Of a DNA stretch of 64,000 nucleotides, positions 16,813-45,364 are shown one piece after another. The notes under the pieces are model-generated. The model ran no database searches. It was not told the DNA's origin and worked only from the letters and a program-made list of their open reading frames with translations. The position numbers and the translations under genes are program-made. Location of the stretch: the NCBI GenBank assembly GCA_963693365.1, contig CAVNZM010000012.1, positions 7,382,001-7,446,000 on the forward strand, read 5' to 3'. This DNA is from Amoebidium appalachense. Lineage: Eukaryota; Protista; Ichthyosporea. Positions within the stretch are counted from its first letter, which is position 1. The number at the start of each line of letters is the position of its first letter.

Positions 16813-18579
16813 TTCTACACGCACGTGCAGCCCCCGTCCACAAAGAATTCCTAACACATTGTCCAAACATGCCATGACGAACACCTCCAGACTCATGTGA
16901 CGTACACCTCCAGACTCTCTTGCTGGCCATTCCTCTACCCGACAAAGACTCCTACTACGTAGGTCCCGGTGGTTTGGGAATGCCTCCGCCCCAACCGTGC
17001 CCTACACAGCGGTGTGTCTAAGGCCTACTGCTGCACTGGGCACCACAACACTACTCAACAACACTACGGGCAGCCACTCCAAAGGGCCTCAACACCAGGC
17101 CCAGGGCAGCCACTCCAAGGGGCCTCAGCACCAGGCCCTTTGACGACGGGGGTTCACAACAGTGGGGGCCTGCCACTGCCATGACTACACTTCGACCCCC
17201 CCCAGCCCCCTCGTCAGAGGGCCGAGCTCCCAGACAGCAGCAGGACTTTCTATTCCACTGACCCTAACCACACACGTCGCCAACACAGGACTCATACACA
17301 CGTCGAAAACGCCAGGCACCAGTAGAAAACTCGCCGAAAAATAACACCACACAACAGTTACTCCCATAGTATTACAACAACAACAACCCAAGAGATGGCC
17401 TACCCCCTAATAAAACCTTCATACCAGCAACACGGTCACCGACGTCCCTGCCCCCCACGACGGGGCTGTTTACACCACGCGTTGCCCCCGCTCCTTGCAG
17501 TTGTCGCAGGTGCACACCTGGGAAAGAGCCTGGCGCCGGCTCTTGCTGTCCCGCCCAAAGACGCTAGTCTGGCCCATCTGTTATCCCGTTGTGGCCGTGG
17601 CTGGTAGGGCTGGCAGTAGCGCCGTGGGGAGGGTGACCGCCGCCGGTCCCCTCTGAGGCCTCTGCTGGGCAAACGGCCCTGAGCTTGCTAAGTCACCTAG
17701 GGAGGTCAAGGTCCTTAGCGAGGACTAAGTCCCCTGTGATACTAGTCCTACTGCTCATGTTGCCTAAGCCAACTGTTGCTAGCTGTAGGCCTGTGTGTGC
17801 GTATGTTTCTTCTACCTCTAACTGTCGAAAAAGTCCTAAGTCAAAGCCACTCATAACCGCTAGGCGTGAAGAGAAAAAAAAAAAAAAAACTAGGGGTGAA
17901 AGCAACAGCCCAGAAGGACTAACAGTGCGTGTGCCCCCTCCCTGCAAAAAACTGCAGAGAAAGGGGGTGTAGCTTGTCGTGGCAACAAACAGAGTGTATA
18001 TGAACTACTCTAACTATCTGCACGCTTAAAGGGGCTCGAAACCGTGTATACGTATAAACTTTTCTTTGAGTTGGGTGGGAAGCGAGTTTTTTGTGTTCTG
18101 AGAAGAACTTCCAAAAGCCCGCGACCCCGCGAGACACTTCACAGACACGCGGCCCACTGGCCAGACAAATACCACAGTGACATTCAGCCAATCACAACAC
18201 TCCCTCCCCCACAGACTACACGCACTCCACACCATTGGCTACCGCCACCTCAGACACCCCTACAGCACTACAACACGTACACACGTTTACTCACAATACA
18301 TATAAGCATACACACACGCGAGCAGGCAACATGGGTCTCGCCACGCACACAGCAAGAAGCAATACAACATTTAACATGGAGAGTACGCAGAGGCATGGGG
18401 CATGCACGCGCGCACCAAACAATCAGCCGCCGCTGCATCAGATTCTCCCCATACCACTGATTAATCTCCTCATACCCCATTTAGACCCCGGCATCACTAT
18501 GCAAGAAAACCCCCGAAATTAACTCACCAAAACACAAAATATAGAAGTAAACTAATACGAATCAGCTCAGCACATGACA
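15762..18579 (-). mobile_element. Complete non-autonomous LTR retrotransposon with decayed gag-like interior
   Basis: 605-bp near-identical LTRs 15762-16366 and 17975-18579 (TGTCGTG...CATGACA) and 5-bp TSD GCAGC. Purine tract on - adjoining 16367; zinc-knuckle remnant CDNCKERGQ on - near 17480-17510; no canonical TGG PBS. Confidence 0.92.
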
Positions 18580-18818
18580 GCAGCCAGTGCCTTACATGCT
18601 AATCTATTCTATGGCCACATGGCCAGATGGCCAGATTGTTTTGACTTCAGGTGGATCCCCCCCTGCTCACAGACTGAATTTGATCTGGCCATCTGGCCAT
18701 CTGGGTATAAACCGTTTTCTGTTCTAATATTGGAGAACTGTCGATAGTGATAGAAAATGTCATTGGAAGAACAATCGGGAAATCCCGCGGTGTGACAACC
18801 AATCAGAATGAAGCAATA

Positions 18819-19237
18819 TTGGGATATTCGGGTTGGTTGTAAGGTTTTCAGGTCGGGCCGAAGGCCCTAACGGGCCGCAGGCCCGCTTATTGGGCCGCCA
18901 GGCCCTAGGCCGCTAGGCCGCTAGGCCCGGGGCCCCGGGGACCGGGGGCCCGACCCGGCCCGCGAGCCACCCCCGGCCCGGCCCGCGGGGGCCCAGGGGG
19001 GGGGGTTAGCAGGGCCCAGGGGGGGGGGGTTAGCAGTCACTGCTAACCCCCCCCCCCCCCTGGGCCCCCGCGGGCCGGGCCGGGGGTGGCTCGCGGGCCG
19101 GGTCGGGCCCCCGGTCCCCGGGGCCCCGGGCCTAGCGGCCTAGCGGCCTAGGGCCTGGCGGCCCAATAAGCGGGCCTGCGGCCCGTTAGGGCCTTCGCCC
19201 CGACCTGAAAACCTTACAACCAACCCGAATATCCCAA
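18819..19237. repeat. ~420-bp GC-rich near-perfect palindrome with a 1-nt centre at 19038
   Basis: ttgggatattcgggttggttgtaagg...gttagcagt C actgctaac...ccttacaaccaacccgaatatcccaa; the left arm has an extra ~22-bp duplicated block and a 1-nt indel. Confidence 0.95.
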
Positions 19238-20032
19238 ACACGTACGGTTTTATCGTCACCTAACCAATCGAATCGGCTAGACTCGAACCACCATGATATG
19301 CAACCAATCAGTTCGGAAATACGTGTGCCAGGATGTTTTGCCTTTCGATTCCAGCGCGTGCGTTTTGACCCCACCTTGAGGCAATTTTTAAAAAAATTAA
19401 ACAGCCATTCAGTGAAAAGGCTCGAAGCGAAGCAAATTTGATTTCTTTGCATGATTTTGATGCAATCGCTGACAAGGCATTGATAACGTCATGCATAACG
19501 TCATTCATTCCCGCTCGAATTCAAACCTCTGTACGGCCATCTCGACCGTTCAGTACCGGTACCGGACTCCTCCGTGTGTCTTATGTCTGTCTGTTAACAC
19601 CGTCACAAACCGTTGGTCGCAGCCTATTGTTAACTCTCGGTTGCAGCTGCTTACTATGTGCCTGTGTCTGTAACCTGTTTCTAACACCGTCAACCTTACG
19701 TATACTGTGTGTCATCTTTTTGATCGTTTCATCGTTTTGTGGCCTTTCAGGATTAAATGGGCTATGGTTTAACTGCACCAGCGATTATGCGATCTCATCT
19801 GAGTCAACCCTGTATTATCATATATTAACCAGAGACCAATAGATGGGCAGCTTTGAACATCAGCCAATCGCCGGACAGCATGATGCAGTCATCGTTGATG
19901 GCTCCGATTTTTCCTTACACTCTCGCGACCGCGTGCATGCTTTCTGTCGCGGCGCCTCGACGGTTCGATGGAGTCCAGTGTTCGCTGAATGTGTAAGGAA
20001 AAATAAGGAGCCATCTCAGTAGGTGGCAGTGT

Positions 20033-20385
20033 CACCTTATACTTATTAGATCTCCACTGTATAGCACGTGTACAGTAAAAGCGTGGTAATTGATCAATAA
20101 TACCATCAGCTAGAGAAAGACCAGTTCTACAGGAAGGTAATATGTATTTAGGTGTTATACATTTGCGAGTGCCATATTTGGCAATATGGTTGAGACGGTC
20201 AGAATATATAAAACGAGACATAAGGCTTAGTTTTTCAAGGTGTATGCTTTCATCTGGTCTAGTGTCGTGTGGTATCTTTTTCCATTTGTTATATTGCGTG
20301 ATTATCTTGTGATTGTGTACATGTTTAATAAGTAAGTGGCAGTCCAAAGTCACACACACACTTTTGCGGGGTTTATTTGTATTTG
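20033..20385 (-). mobile_element. Internal fragment of the LINE ORF2 3' region
   Basis: Matches 42413-42765 with about 5 substitutions by eye. Confidence 0.93.
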
Positions 20386-20398
20386 AGGTGATCGGGAT

Positions 20399-20526
20399 CC
20401 TATACAAATATACCATATATGGCTATTCCTATCTCTAATACCATTGGTCTAGAACGCATTCTAAAACTAACCATATTCAGTCTATTACACACTAATACTA
20501 TTGGTTGATTATAGTCATACATGACA
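20399..20526. repeat. Dispersed ~130-bp repeat; second copy at ~48208-48334
   Basis: cctatacaaatataccatatatggctattcctatctctaataccattggtctagaacgca...gtcatacatgaca at both sites. Confidence 0.85.
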
Positions 20527-20530
20527 CAGA

Positions 20531-21995
20531 TGTAAAAAAGACATGGGACAAGGTTTGCGCCACAAGATGGGAGTTTATTGACTGAAGACTTTGACGTCGT
20601 GCATCGTGATTTTATACCCTGGTGGCCAGCACCGAATTACCAAATAAGGTTAGAGCGTGATCCAATCATTTGCATTTCCAAGAGGCTCGGTAACATTCCA
20701 GATTGACCAATGCGTTGCATCAAGGTATCCAAATATGGACAAAGAACGCATTATATGATTGGTCGTGAAACATCACTCTTTACATCTCCCCGTTTTGGAA
20801 GCATTCGTCCCGAATGCAGACGAAACATCACTCTTTGAGTAATAGATGTGCTCGTAATGATTATAAGGGTATCGATGCATTTACATAGTTATATATGTCG
20901 TTGTATTTAGATATATTGGGCAAAAAAAAAAAAAAAATTGCAGAGGAAAAGCTCATTGAGAAAAACTCTGAGATGGGATGAGGAAACCCATGGCCATATG
21001 CATGGTAAAACCTCGAATCCTTCTGGGATGGTGTGCAATGGGCACGGTAATTAGTGAGCCAGAAGATAGGTTCTAGATATGCGAGGTGAAAAAAACAAAA
21101 ACCTCATATGTGATGGTGAAGGGGAAAATGATAAAACCTTCATCTTATGTTGTATGTAAGGGGAAAAAATTAAAAACCCTTATGATGTGCTGATGCGCAG
21201 ATGTAACAAGGGAAAAGATGTAAAAACCCTTTGTGTGCACTTTGGCACGGGAGGAAATAAGATGCATATGCAACCTCCATAATATATGTTTCGTGGCAAT
21301 ATAGCAAACATGTCCACATAAAGCCTTTTTTCTTCACACCGCTATGTATATAGCATGCACCATTGTTGTTGTGCGCAAGATGCGATGGGTGGGTGGGTTT
21401 GGGAGCGGATACGAGTACACATGCTTTCAGACCTTGTGTGCTGATGAGATGCGAGGGTGACCAGGCCTCGATATATATATATACACAGGCAACTTGCAAT
21501 ATACCGGTAAGAACCTCATGATGTGAGTAAGAACCCGGGCGCAAGCGCATGTGTTGCACACTTGGCATGTTAGCATGTACGCCTATAAGCATTCCCATTT
21601 CCACTCATTGTGAGATTTGTGCGCACCTCACCAACTTTGGGTGGGCGGGTGGGTATTTTTATGTGTTATCGATGGGCAACAGTGGAAGCATTATTTATTT
21701 CAACAAACATAGTCTGTTGTGCGCAGGGATCGAACCTCTCTGCTAACCATGTAAAAAAGACATGGGACAAGGTTTGCGCCACAAGATGGGAGTTTATTGA
21801 CTGAAGACTTTGACGTCGTGCATCGTGATTTTATACCCTGTTGGCCAGCACCGAATTACCAAATAAGGTTAGAGCGTGATCCAATCATTTGCATTTCCAA
21901 GAGGCTCGGTAACATTCCAGATTGACCAATGCGTTGCATCAAGGTATCCAAATATGGACAAAGAACGCATTATATGATTGGTCGTGAAACATCAC
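20531..21995 (-). mobile_element. Non-autonomous LTR element with a PBS for the tRNA-iMet 3' end
   Basis: LTR 20531-20784 (TGTAAA...TTTACA) and LTR 21750-21995 (outer ~8 bp missing). PBS on + ggatcgaacctctctgctaacca (21727-21749) resembles the tRNA-iMet 3' end GGAUCGAAACCAUCCUCUGCUACCA; PPT aaaacggggaga on - at 20785-20796; non-coding ~965-bp interior. Confidence 0.88.
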
Positions 21996-23059
21996 AAGAA
22001 AATAAGAATGGAATAATAATAATAAAGTGTTTGGAATAAGTTTGCAGTTCATATCATGATTTATATGCTGAATGAATGGCTTGACCCGGATGTGCTGGAA
22101 TGGGGACAATTAATCGGCCTAAAAGAAACCCCCTTCAAACGTTACATACACGCACGCACACATACACCCACACCCACCAGCTAAAAGCTATTTTGGCTTG
22201 GCATCGTTTGCCCGCACGCGCTGTTGAGCTACATTTTTGTGACGTCACACGGTGCCTTTAGTGCATGGTTACTTAGTTGCAGTGATTGGTCCGCTTCAGG
22301 TTATTCTTTATTTTAAAGAAATTAAAAGTAGACTTGAACTAAAAGTTTGGCTCAAGGTCAGGTACGTCTTTGACAGATCCGCGCGCGGCCTCTCTCATAC
22401 TTTAAAACTATCCCACAACGTTTTGGCCAGTATCGTTTATTTATCTCAAATGTATCTTAAATCAAGGTCTGATGTCATCCCGCACTATGTCCCAATATCA
22501 ATCCATCAGTTATCTGTAAATGTTCACAACTTGAAGGCAGCGGCCGAATCATGACCCGGATAGTTTTACCTTTGACATTCTGAAAGTAGTGAATGCAGCA
22601 TTGGACTATTTATTGTGTAATGTTCCGTGCCAATTACGGTGATTTTTCAAGAACTTACCTTTACTTTCTTACTCTACAACAAAAAATTATCCATATATTC
22701 ATGACAGTATTTCTGAAAATTTTTATGTCATATGCTTCGAATTGTGAACCGTACTCCGTATCGCCATCATTCTTTATAAATAGTAAGATACTGGCAATAG
22801 TATAAGGCACCCCCCTGGCTCGGAAATGGCGGAAGTATAAGGTTTGCCGTGGATAGGGCTTGGCCAGACGCTATATTAATGATGTCAATGTACTTTAATT
22901 GCAATGTCCTCGGCACTACCAGTGACTACCTTCGTTTTTTTTACTTTAGCTTATTATTTTAAGTCCCTTTCCCCAGCTTCACCCTTTTTTTTCTATGTTG
23001 TTTTGTTTTTATTTTCTATTTTTTTCTTTCTGTTTTTCTTCTTTTCGCTATTGCATCGT

Positions 23060-23105
23060 GCGGTGTATAAGGCCGGCCCGCGAGGGCCGGGGCGTACAGG
23101 CTAGT
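23060..23105 (+). mobile_element. Helitron-like 3' terminus; 5' end not determined
   Basis: GC hairpin ccggccc-gcga-gggccgg (23073-23090), 10 nt, then CTAG followed by T (23101-23105). Confidence 0.65.
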
Positions 23106-23241
23106 CTTATGTATCCGGGCCCTGGAGGCACGATTTTTTCCATAGGAGAGTAAAAGGCATGTAGCCGAGCTATTTTTACACTCTCATCTAATTAGCAATA
23201 CGTACATACGAAGCTCGGGGTGATCATTGACAAGGCAAATG

Positions 23242-23284
<43 letters not shown>

Positions 23285-23896
23285 TGGGAGGCCTATTAGA
23301 ACAACAATGACAATAACAAAACATACATCGTTTTTGCCTTGGAAAGTAAAAGAGGGTAGTCAACAAAAAAAAGTACACATTAAATAGACCTTCAATTAGC
23401 TCTGCAAATGTGAGTTGGTATAAAGTATTAGACTGCTTCATTCGGTAATAAACGTGATAACACTGAGATCACATATTGCATTTTTCGCCTCTCAGGTAAA
23501 CGGAGTGTGTGTGTGTGCGCAAACGCCAAAGAATGAAGAGGTGAAGAAGACATTGGGCATTCAACATGTTAAGGCAGGAGGGGAGGGAGGGGGGAGTATT
23601 AAAGGAAGAGAATATGTGTGCGACAAATGGGGGGGGGGGGGGGGATGAGGGAGGGGGGAACAGGGGGGAGTGAGGGAGGGGGGAAAGAAGGGGGGTATAC
23701 AAGGCGGCGGAGGGGGGGGGGGGGGGAGAGGAGAGAGAGAGGGGGGGGGAAGGGAGTGAAAAAGAGAGAGAGTGTGTGTGTATGTGTGAGTGGAGAGAGA
23801 GGCGGGACAGAGAGGGGGGGGCAGGGGAGAGAGGGGGGGGGGGGGGGGGGAAGAGAGGGGGGCGGGAGAGAGAGAGAGAGAGAGGGGGTGGGGGGG

Positions 23897-23939
<43 letters not shown>

Positions 23940-24009
23940 TGTGTGTGTGTGTTGGGCGCCACACAATACCAGCAGTGTGCACATATAAGAGCATGCCGTT
24001 CCACCACAC

Positions 24010-40822
<16,813 letters not shown>

Positions 40823-40999
40823 CTTGCTGCTTTCGCCTCTCCCGCTCAGAACTGCGCTATGTCTCGACTAGTTAGTGTGTGTGTATATATATGTAAGAAT
40901 TACAGTTGTCAAGAAAAAATTTGTTTCTGGTTCCAGGCGAAGCGAGCCCTCGAGTTTCGGAAGTGAATTCAAAAAAAAAGGCGCGAACTCGTTTGTTGC

Positions 41000-41050
41000 T
41001 GCTGCTGATGCGAAATACACCAATCACGGGCTGTTTGCGCAATCACAATA
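41000..41050. promoter_or_regulatory. CCAAT-type motifs ~200 bp upstream of the ARP8 start
   Basis: accaatcac at ~41019 and gcaatcac at ~41039. Confidence 0.35.
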
Positions 41051-42024
41051 GTGACAGGGTTTACATACCGTCTTGAAGCTGATACCCGGGGTATCAGGGC
41101 CTGGGTACCATATCAGGAGCGGGCAATTTTTGAATTCTCCCTCCCGGGGAAAATTTGAGGTTTTTGGACCTCAAAGAAGTCAAATCCTGCAAAATTCACT
41201 ACCGGGAGGCCAAAAAGGGTGATTTAACAAAAAAGCAGGGTCATACATGAAAAAAAGAAAATAGGCGAGTTCAGTGGGCTGCCGATAAGTATATTTTGTG
41301 CTGCCGGTATATATGCTGCCGTGGCTGTTGCTCTAGATGGCAGTATGGCATTGCATGTGTCACGTGACCTGCACGTGAATGCGACCATGTGCAGGCACTG
41401 AGTCTTTGCATAACACCATGTTAGGGGATGCCCGACTCTATAGCCAACGTTACCGCCGCTGCATACGGGGACAAGAGCGTGAAAGACACAAACGCCTTGA
41501 CAGGGCAAGCAGCATATGAAAACAGTTTATATGCAGGACTGCATAACGTGGTTGCGCGGCAAGTAAAAGAGACCCTATAAAAACCAACAGCGGACTGAGT
41601 GCACAAAAGCACAAATGAATGCCAGAGCGGCAGCTGCGCAAGACATGCCTCGAAGCAGACCTCGAAGCTCACATGACATGTAGCGAACTGGGCGATAGAT
41701 CCAGGTCGCATTTGATTGGTTGGCGGCGCGGGCCCGGACCCGGCCCGGCCCGCCGTTCTACACGCTGAACCCTTGTTAGCCCCAAAAAGTGACCTTTAGA
41801 TCCATGCGCAGCTGCCTTATATAGTATGGGGGTTTACGCTGTTTACTCGAGGCAAAGAGAACCAGTCTCAGGTATGGGGGGGGGGGGTTTTGCTCGGAAT
41901 ATCCCCTCAGCGGTATATCATGATCACGTACATAGATGTCGGGTGGTGACTATATATCAGGGTTTACTTTCTCTACGAGACACCACAAAGACTACAAGGA
42001 GAAATCAATTAGTTGGGGTTCCCC

Positions 42025-42066
<42 letters not shown>

Positions 42067-42098
42067 GGGCTCCCCTCGGGACACTCGGTATCAGCTGG

Positions 42099-42165
<67 letters not shown>

Positions 42166-42169
42166 TGCG

Positions 42170-45100
42170 CTATAATTTTGTAGTGATGTGTTTCTCAAGC
42201 CAATCAATACATCTAATAAACAGGTCGTAGTTACGCGTGTTTAGTATAAAATCAAGGATGTTGTAATTTACAGGTAGGCTATCTTTCTGGGTGTCTGTTG
42301 TGAATGTGACGTGTGTGTGTTGCGGTATTATGTGGTCTATCAAACTACATTTGGCGATACATGACCGGTTAAACTGGTGTGTGTGTGTGTTGTTTGGGCA
42401 TGCAAATGATGCCACCTTATACTTATTAGATCTCCACTGTATAGCACGTGTACAGTAAAAGCGTGGTAATTGATCAATAATACCATCAGCTAGAGAAAGA
42501 CCAGTTCTACAGGAAGGTAATATGTATTTAGGTGTTATACACTTGCGAGTGCCATATTTGGCAATATGGTTGAGGCGGTCAGTATATATAAAACGAGACA
42601 TAAGGCTTAGTTTTTCAAGGTGTATGCTTTCATCGGGTCTAGTGTCGTGTGGTATCTTTTTCCATTTGTTATATTGCGTGATTATCTTGTGATTGTGTAC
42701 ATGTTTAATAAGTAAGTGGCAGTCCAAAGTCACACACACACTATTGCGGGGTTTATTTGTATTTGTGCCCAGGGGAGAAGGGGAGAGAGAGGGGAGGAAA
42801 GAGGGGAGAGGTGAGGAGGGGACAGGTCGGATAGAGAAGAGAGGGTGGGAGGGCAAATACTTCTTTAAGCGGCTTATGTGCTTATTGAATTTCAGCGCGA
42901 GATAGGATACTCTAGCAGCTATTGGGACCAGACCATATATCGAGAGCGTTACAGGCCCAGGTTTACAACAGTTGTTAGATAGAAAGGAGGCAACTTCTGC
43001 TTCAAGGAAATTTGCCAAGGGTTTAAGCGCTCTAGTTCTCTCTTTCTTGATCCAAGCGGCGAGAAGGGGTAAACCATATTCACATGCCGGGAAGACAAAA
43101 GTGCGAATAAATGTAAGTCTAATAGAAGGATGGAGGGGTGTGTCTTTAAAAATATTAGCCGAGAAGAAAGCTAACCGCTTACGAGCCAACTCTACCCTCT
43201 TTTCGACCATATGGGGAAACATAACACCAACAGAATCAACCGGAACACCAAGATATTTGTATTCTGGAACTATAGGTACAGGTTTAGATGATAATGTAAA
43301 TGTGTGTAAATTGTTAGCTATATCAGGTACAAGAACACCACATTTGTCTATGTTAAGGATCATAAGGTTTGCCTTGCACCACTCTGACACTACATCGAAC
43401 AATCTTTGCAGGCGTCTAGGGGTACGGGCAAGGAGGGACAGATCATCAGCATAGAGAAGTGCAGGCGGAAAGTTATTAATAGGGTCATCGTTTTCGGCGT
43501 AAATCTTGACAGCCAAATCATCTATAAATAGGTTAAACAAAAAGGGGCTAAGCAATGAACCCTGCAAGAGACCTCTAGTACGAGCAAAACCATATGAAAG
43601 ATGCCCATTAACCACAGCTCTACCATAGGTTTGAGACAAGAGTGCTTCTAACAGAACACCAATGCAGTGTGGTACACCCCGTGCAGCAAGCTTTTCCCAT
43701 AGGAGACCAGGGGAGACAGAATCGTAAGCAGTTTTCCAATCAATAAAGCCAACATATTGTGCACCAACTTGCATAGAATCGTGCAGTGCCATTATTTGAA
43801 CATAACATGAATTGTTTTTACGAAAAGCGGATTGGCATGGGTGTATGTGAAGAATAGATTGAAACCTAGGGTGATGTGCAAATAACCTAAGTAAGCAAGC
43901 TTCAAAGAATCTACGAACAACCTGGGTTAGTGTAATGGGGCGAAAGGATGATATGGGGCCCTCAGAGTCCTTCTTAACTATGGGGATCACTAAGGTATCT
44001 AACCAAGATGACGGGACATGTCCACATTTAACACACCAAGAAAAGAGAGAGCTTAACATGATAGTAAGATCAGGTTTAATAGCACGATCACTTTCCTTTT
44101 GTGGGTAGGAGGGAACAAGGATTTTAAGAAACCCAGCAGGGAGTCCATCAGGTCCACAAGACTTACTAGAGCTATAACTAGATATCACAGACCATATGGC
44201 ATCGGGACTGAAAAAGGGGAGGATCGATTCTATGGGGATAGATGGGTCTACAGGCCACACAATAGGTTTCTGAGCGGGGGTCCTATCTTTAAACAGTTCC
44301 GAGAAATACTTATCAGAGTCTATGAGGGGGTCTCCAGTGGTATCACCAATAATACGAGCAGGGGGGCCAAATCGATTCATACTAGCAAGCCGGCGCAAGC
44401 TTTCCTTTTGAGACAGGGGTTCACCTAGTCTAGCGGGAGTGGTGTTTGGTAACAAGAGAGCATCGGGATATTCCTTCCTACCACCGCCAGCATAATCACC
44501 GAGATCTATCAAATCATCAACAATAAAGTTAGTGCATGTATCTAGTACGAGATGTGAATCTGGCCTGGCTTGTGCAGATTCTAATAGGCGCATATATATA
44601 GGGTGTTTCGTAGCATAGCATACACATACATCAACTCTACCCCACTGTGACTTAAGCTGGGATAGACGGAGGCGAAAGGTGGGAGGGGGAGGGGGGAGCA
44701 GATCAAGGGAGATCTTAGGTAGGAAAAGGATAGGAGAGTGGTCAGATGACCTAGAGAGGTTAGGAGGGAGAGAGAGTTTTGACATGGTTGATGGCCAAAA
44801 GGCCACTCCCCAGTCGGTGTTGTGGGCATGGGATATTTGAGGGAACCGCAAAGTGTGACTTTGGACATACCTTGCTAAAGGGATAGCACGCTCCGGGGGC
44901 TTAGATGGGTACCCGACACTCACTTGCAGTGTGTCTGTGTGGTGGAGTCGCGTGTTAAAATCACCTAAAATAACAGTGGACATTGGTAACTGTGACAACT
45001 CGTGAGTCAATTCGACAACCGACATAGATGGTGGGTAATATACAAAAGTAAAAACATTAGAAAGAAACTCTAAAGAAACCGAGAATTCCGTTTTTGCTAC

Positions 45101-45364
45101 CGGTTTGCACTTCACTCTCACGTGTGGTGCGGCAAGTACAATAATGCCTCGGTTTTTCGCGTAACCGGGGTGTGTGGATGTGTCGACCAATGTAGAGTTG
45201 AATTTGTGGTGGTTTTTAAACTGTGTTTCGCAAATCACTGTAAACGTGTGGTTGTTTGTCTGTTGTTGTATGTAGCTGATTTTATCGTCGAGTGTCCCGG
45301 GGGGGAGGCCCTTTTGGGGGCCCAGTGTCCGAGCATTCCAGAAGAAGAAGGATAAATTAGGCAT
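42170..45364 (-). CDS. LINE ORF2: apurinic-like endonuclease + reverse transcriptase (1064 aa)
   Basis: EN motifs WNART, CETQF, LGDFN, SDHSPI; RT motifs GPDGLP, FRPITL, QSAFRK, FIDWKTAYDSV, GLLQGSLLSPFLFN, LYADDL, YKYLGV; no RNase H evident. Confidence 0.97.
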   Translation of the reverse strand: MPNLSFFFWNARTLGPQKGLPPGTLDDKISYIQQQTNNHTFTVICETQFKNHHKFNSTLVDTSTHPGYAKNRGIIVLAAPHVRVKCKPVAKTEFSVSLEFLSNVFTFVYYPPSMSVVELTHELSQLPMSTVILGDFNTRLHHTDTLQVSVGYPSKPPERAIPLARYVQSHTLRFPQISHAHNTDWGVAFWPSTMSKLSLPPNLSRSSDHSPILFLPKISLDLLPPPPPTFRLRLSQLKSQWGRVDVCVCYATKHPIYMRLLESAQARPDSHLVLDTCTNFIVDDLIDLGDYAGGGRKEYPDALLLPNTTPARLGEPLSQKESLRRLASMNRFGPPARIIGDTTGDPLIDSDKYFSELFKDRTPAQKPIVWPVDPSIPIESILPFFSPDAIWSVISSYSSSKSCGPDGLPAGFLKILVPSYPQKESDRAIKPDLTIMLSSLFSWCVKCGHVPSSWLDTLVIPIVKKDSEGPISSFRPITLTQVVRRFFEACLLRLFAHHPRFQSILHIHPCQSAFRKNNSCYVQIMALHDSMQVGAQYVGFIDWKTAYDSVSPGLLWEKLAARGVPHCIGVLLEALLSQTYGRAVVNGHLSYGFARTRGLLQGSLLSPFLFNLFIDDLAVKIYAENDDPINNFPPALLYADDLSLLARTPRRLQRLFDVVSEWCKANLMILNIDKCGVLVPDIANNLHTFTLSSKPVPIVPEYKYLGVPVDSVGVMFPHMVEKRVELARKRLAFFSANIFKDTPLHPSIRLTFIRTFVFPACEYGLPLLAAWIKKERTRALKPLANFLEAEVASFLSNNCCKPGPVTLSIYGLVPIAARVSYLALKFNKHISRLKKYLPSHPLFSIRPVPSSPLPSFLPSLSPSPLGTNTNKPRNSVCVTLDCHLLIKHVHNHKIITQYNKWKKIPHDTRPDESIHLEKLSLMSRFIYTDRLNHIAKYGTRKCITPKYILPSCRTGLSLADGIIDQLPRFYCTRAIQWRSNKYKVASFACPNNTHTHQFNRSCIAKCSLIDHIIPQHTHVTFTTDTQKDSLPVNYNILDFILNTRNYDLFIRCIDWLEKHITTKL

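Noticed and set aside
21720-21749. tRNA-Met gene
   Set aside because: Only the 3' ~23 nt including CCA, abutting an LTR; this is a primer-binding site.
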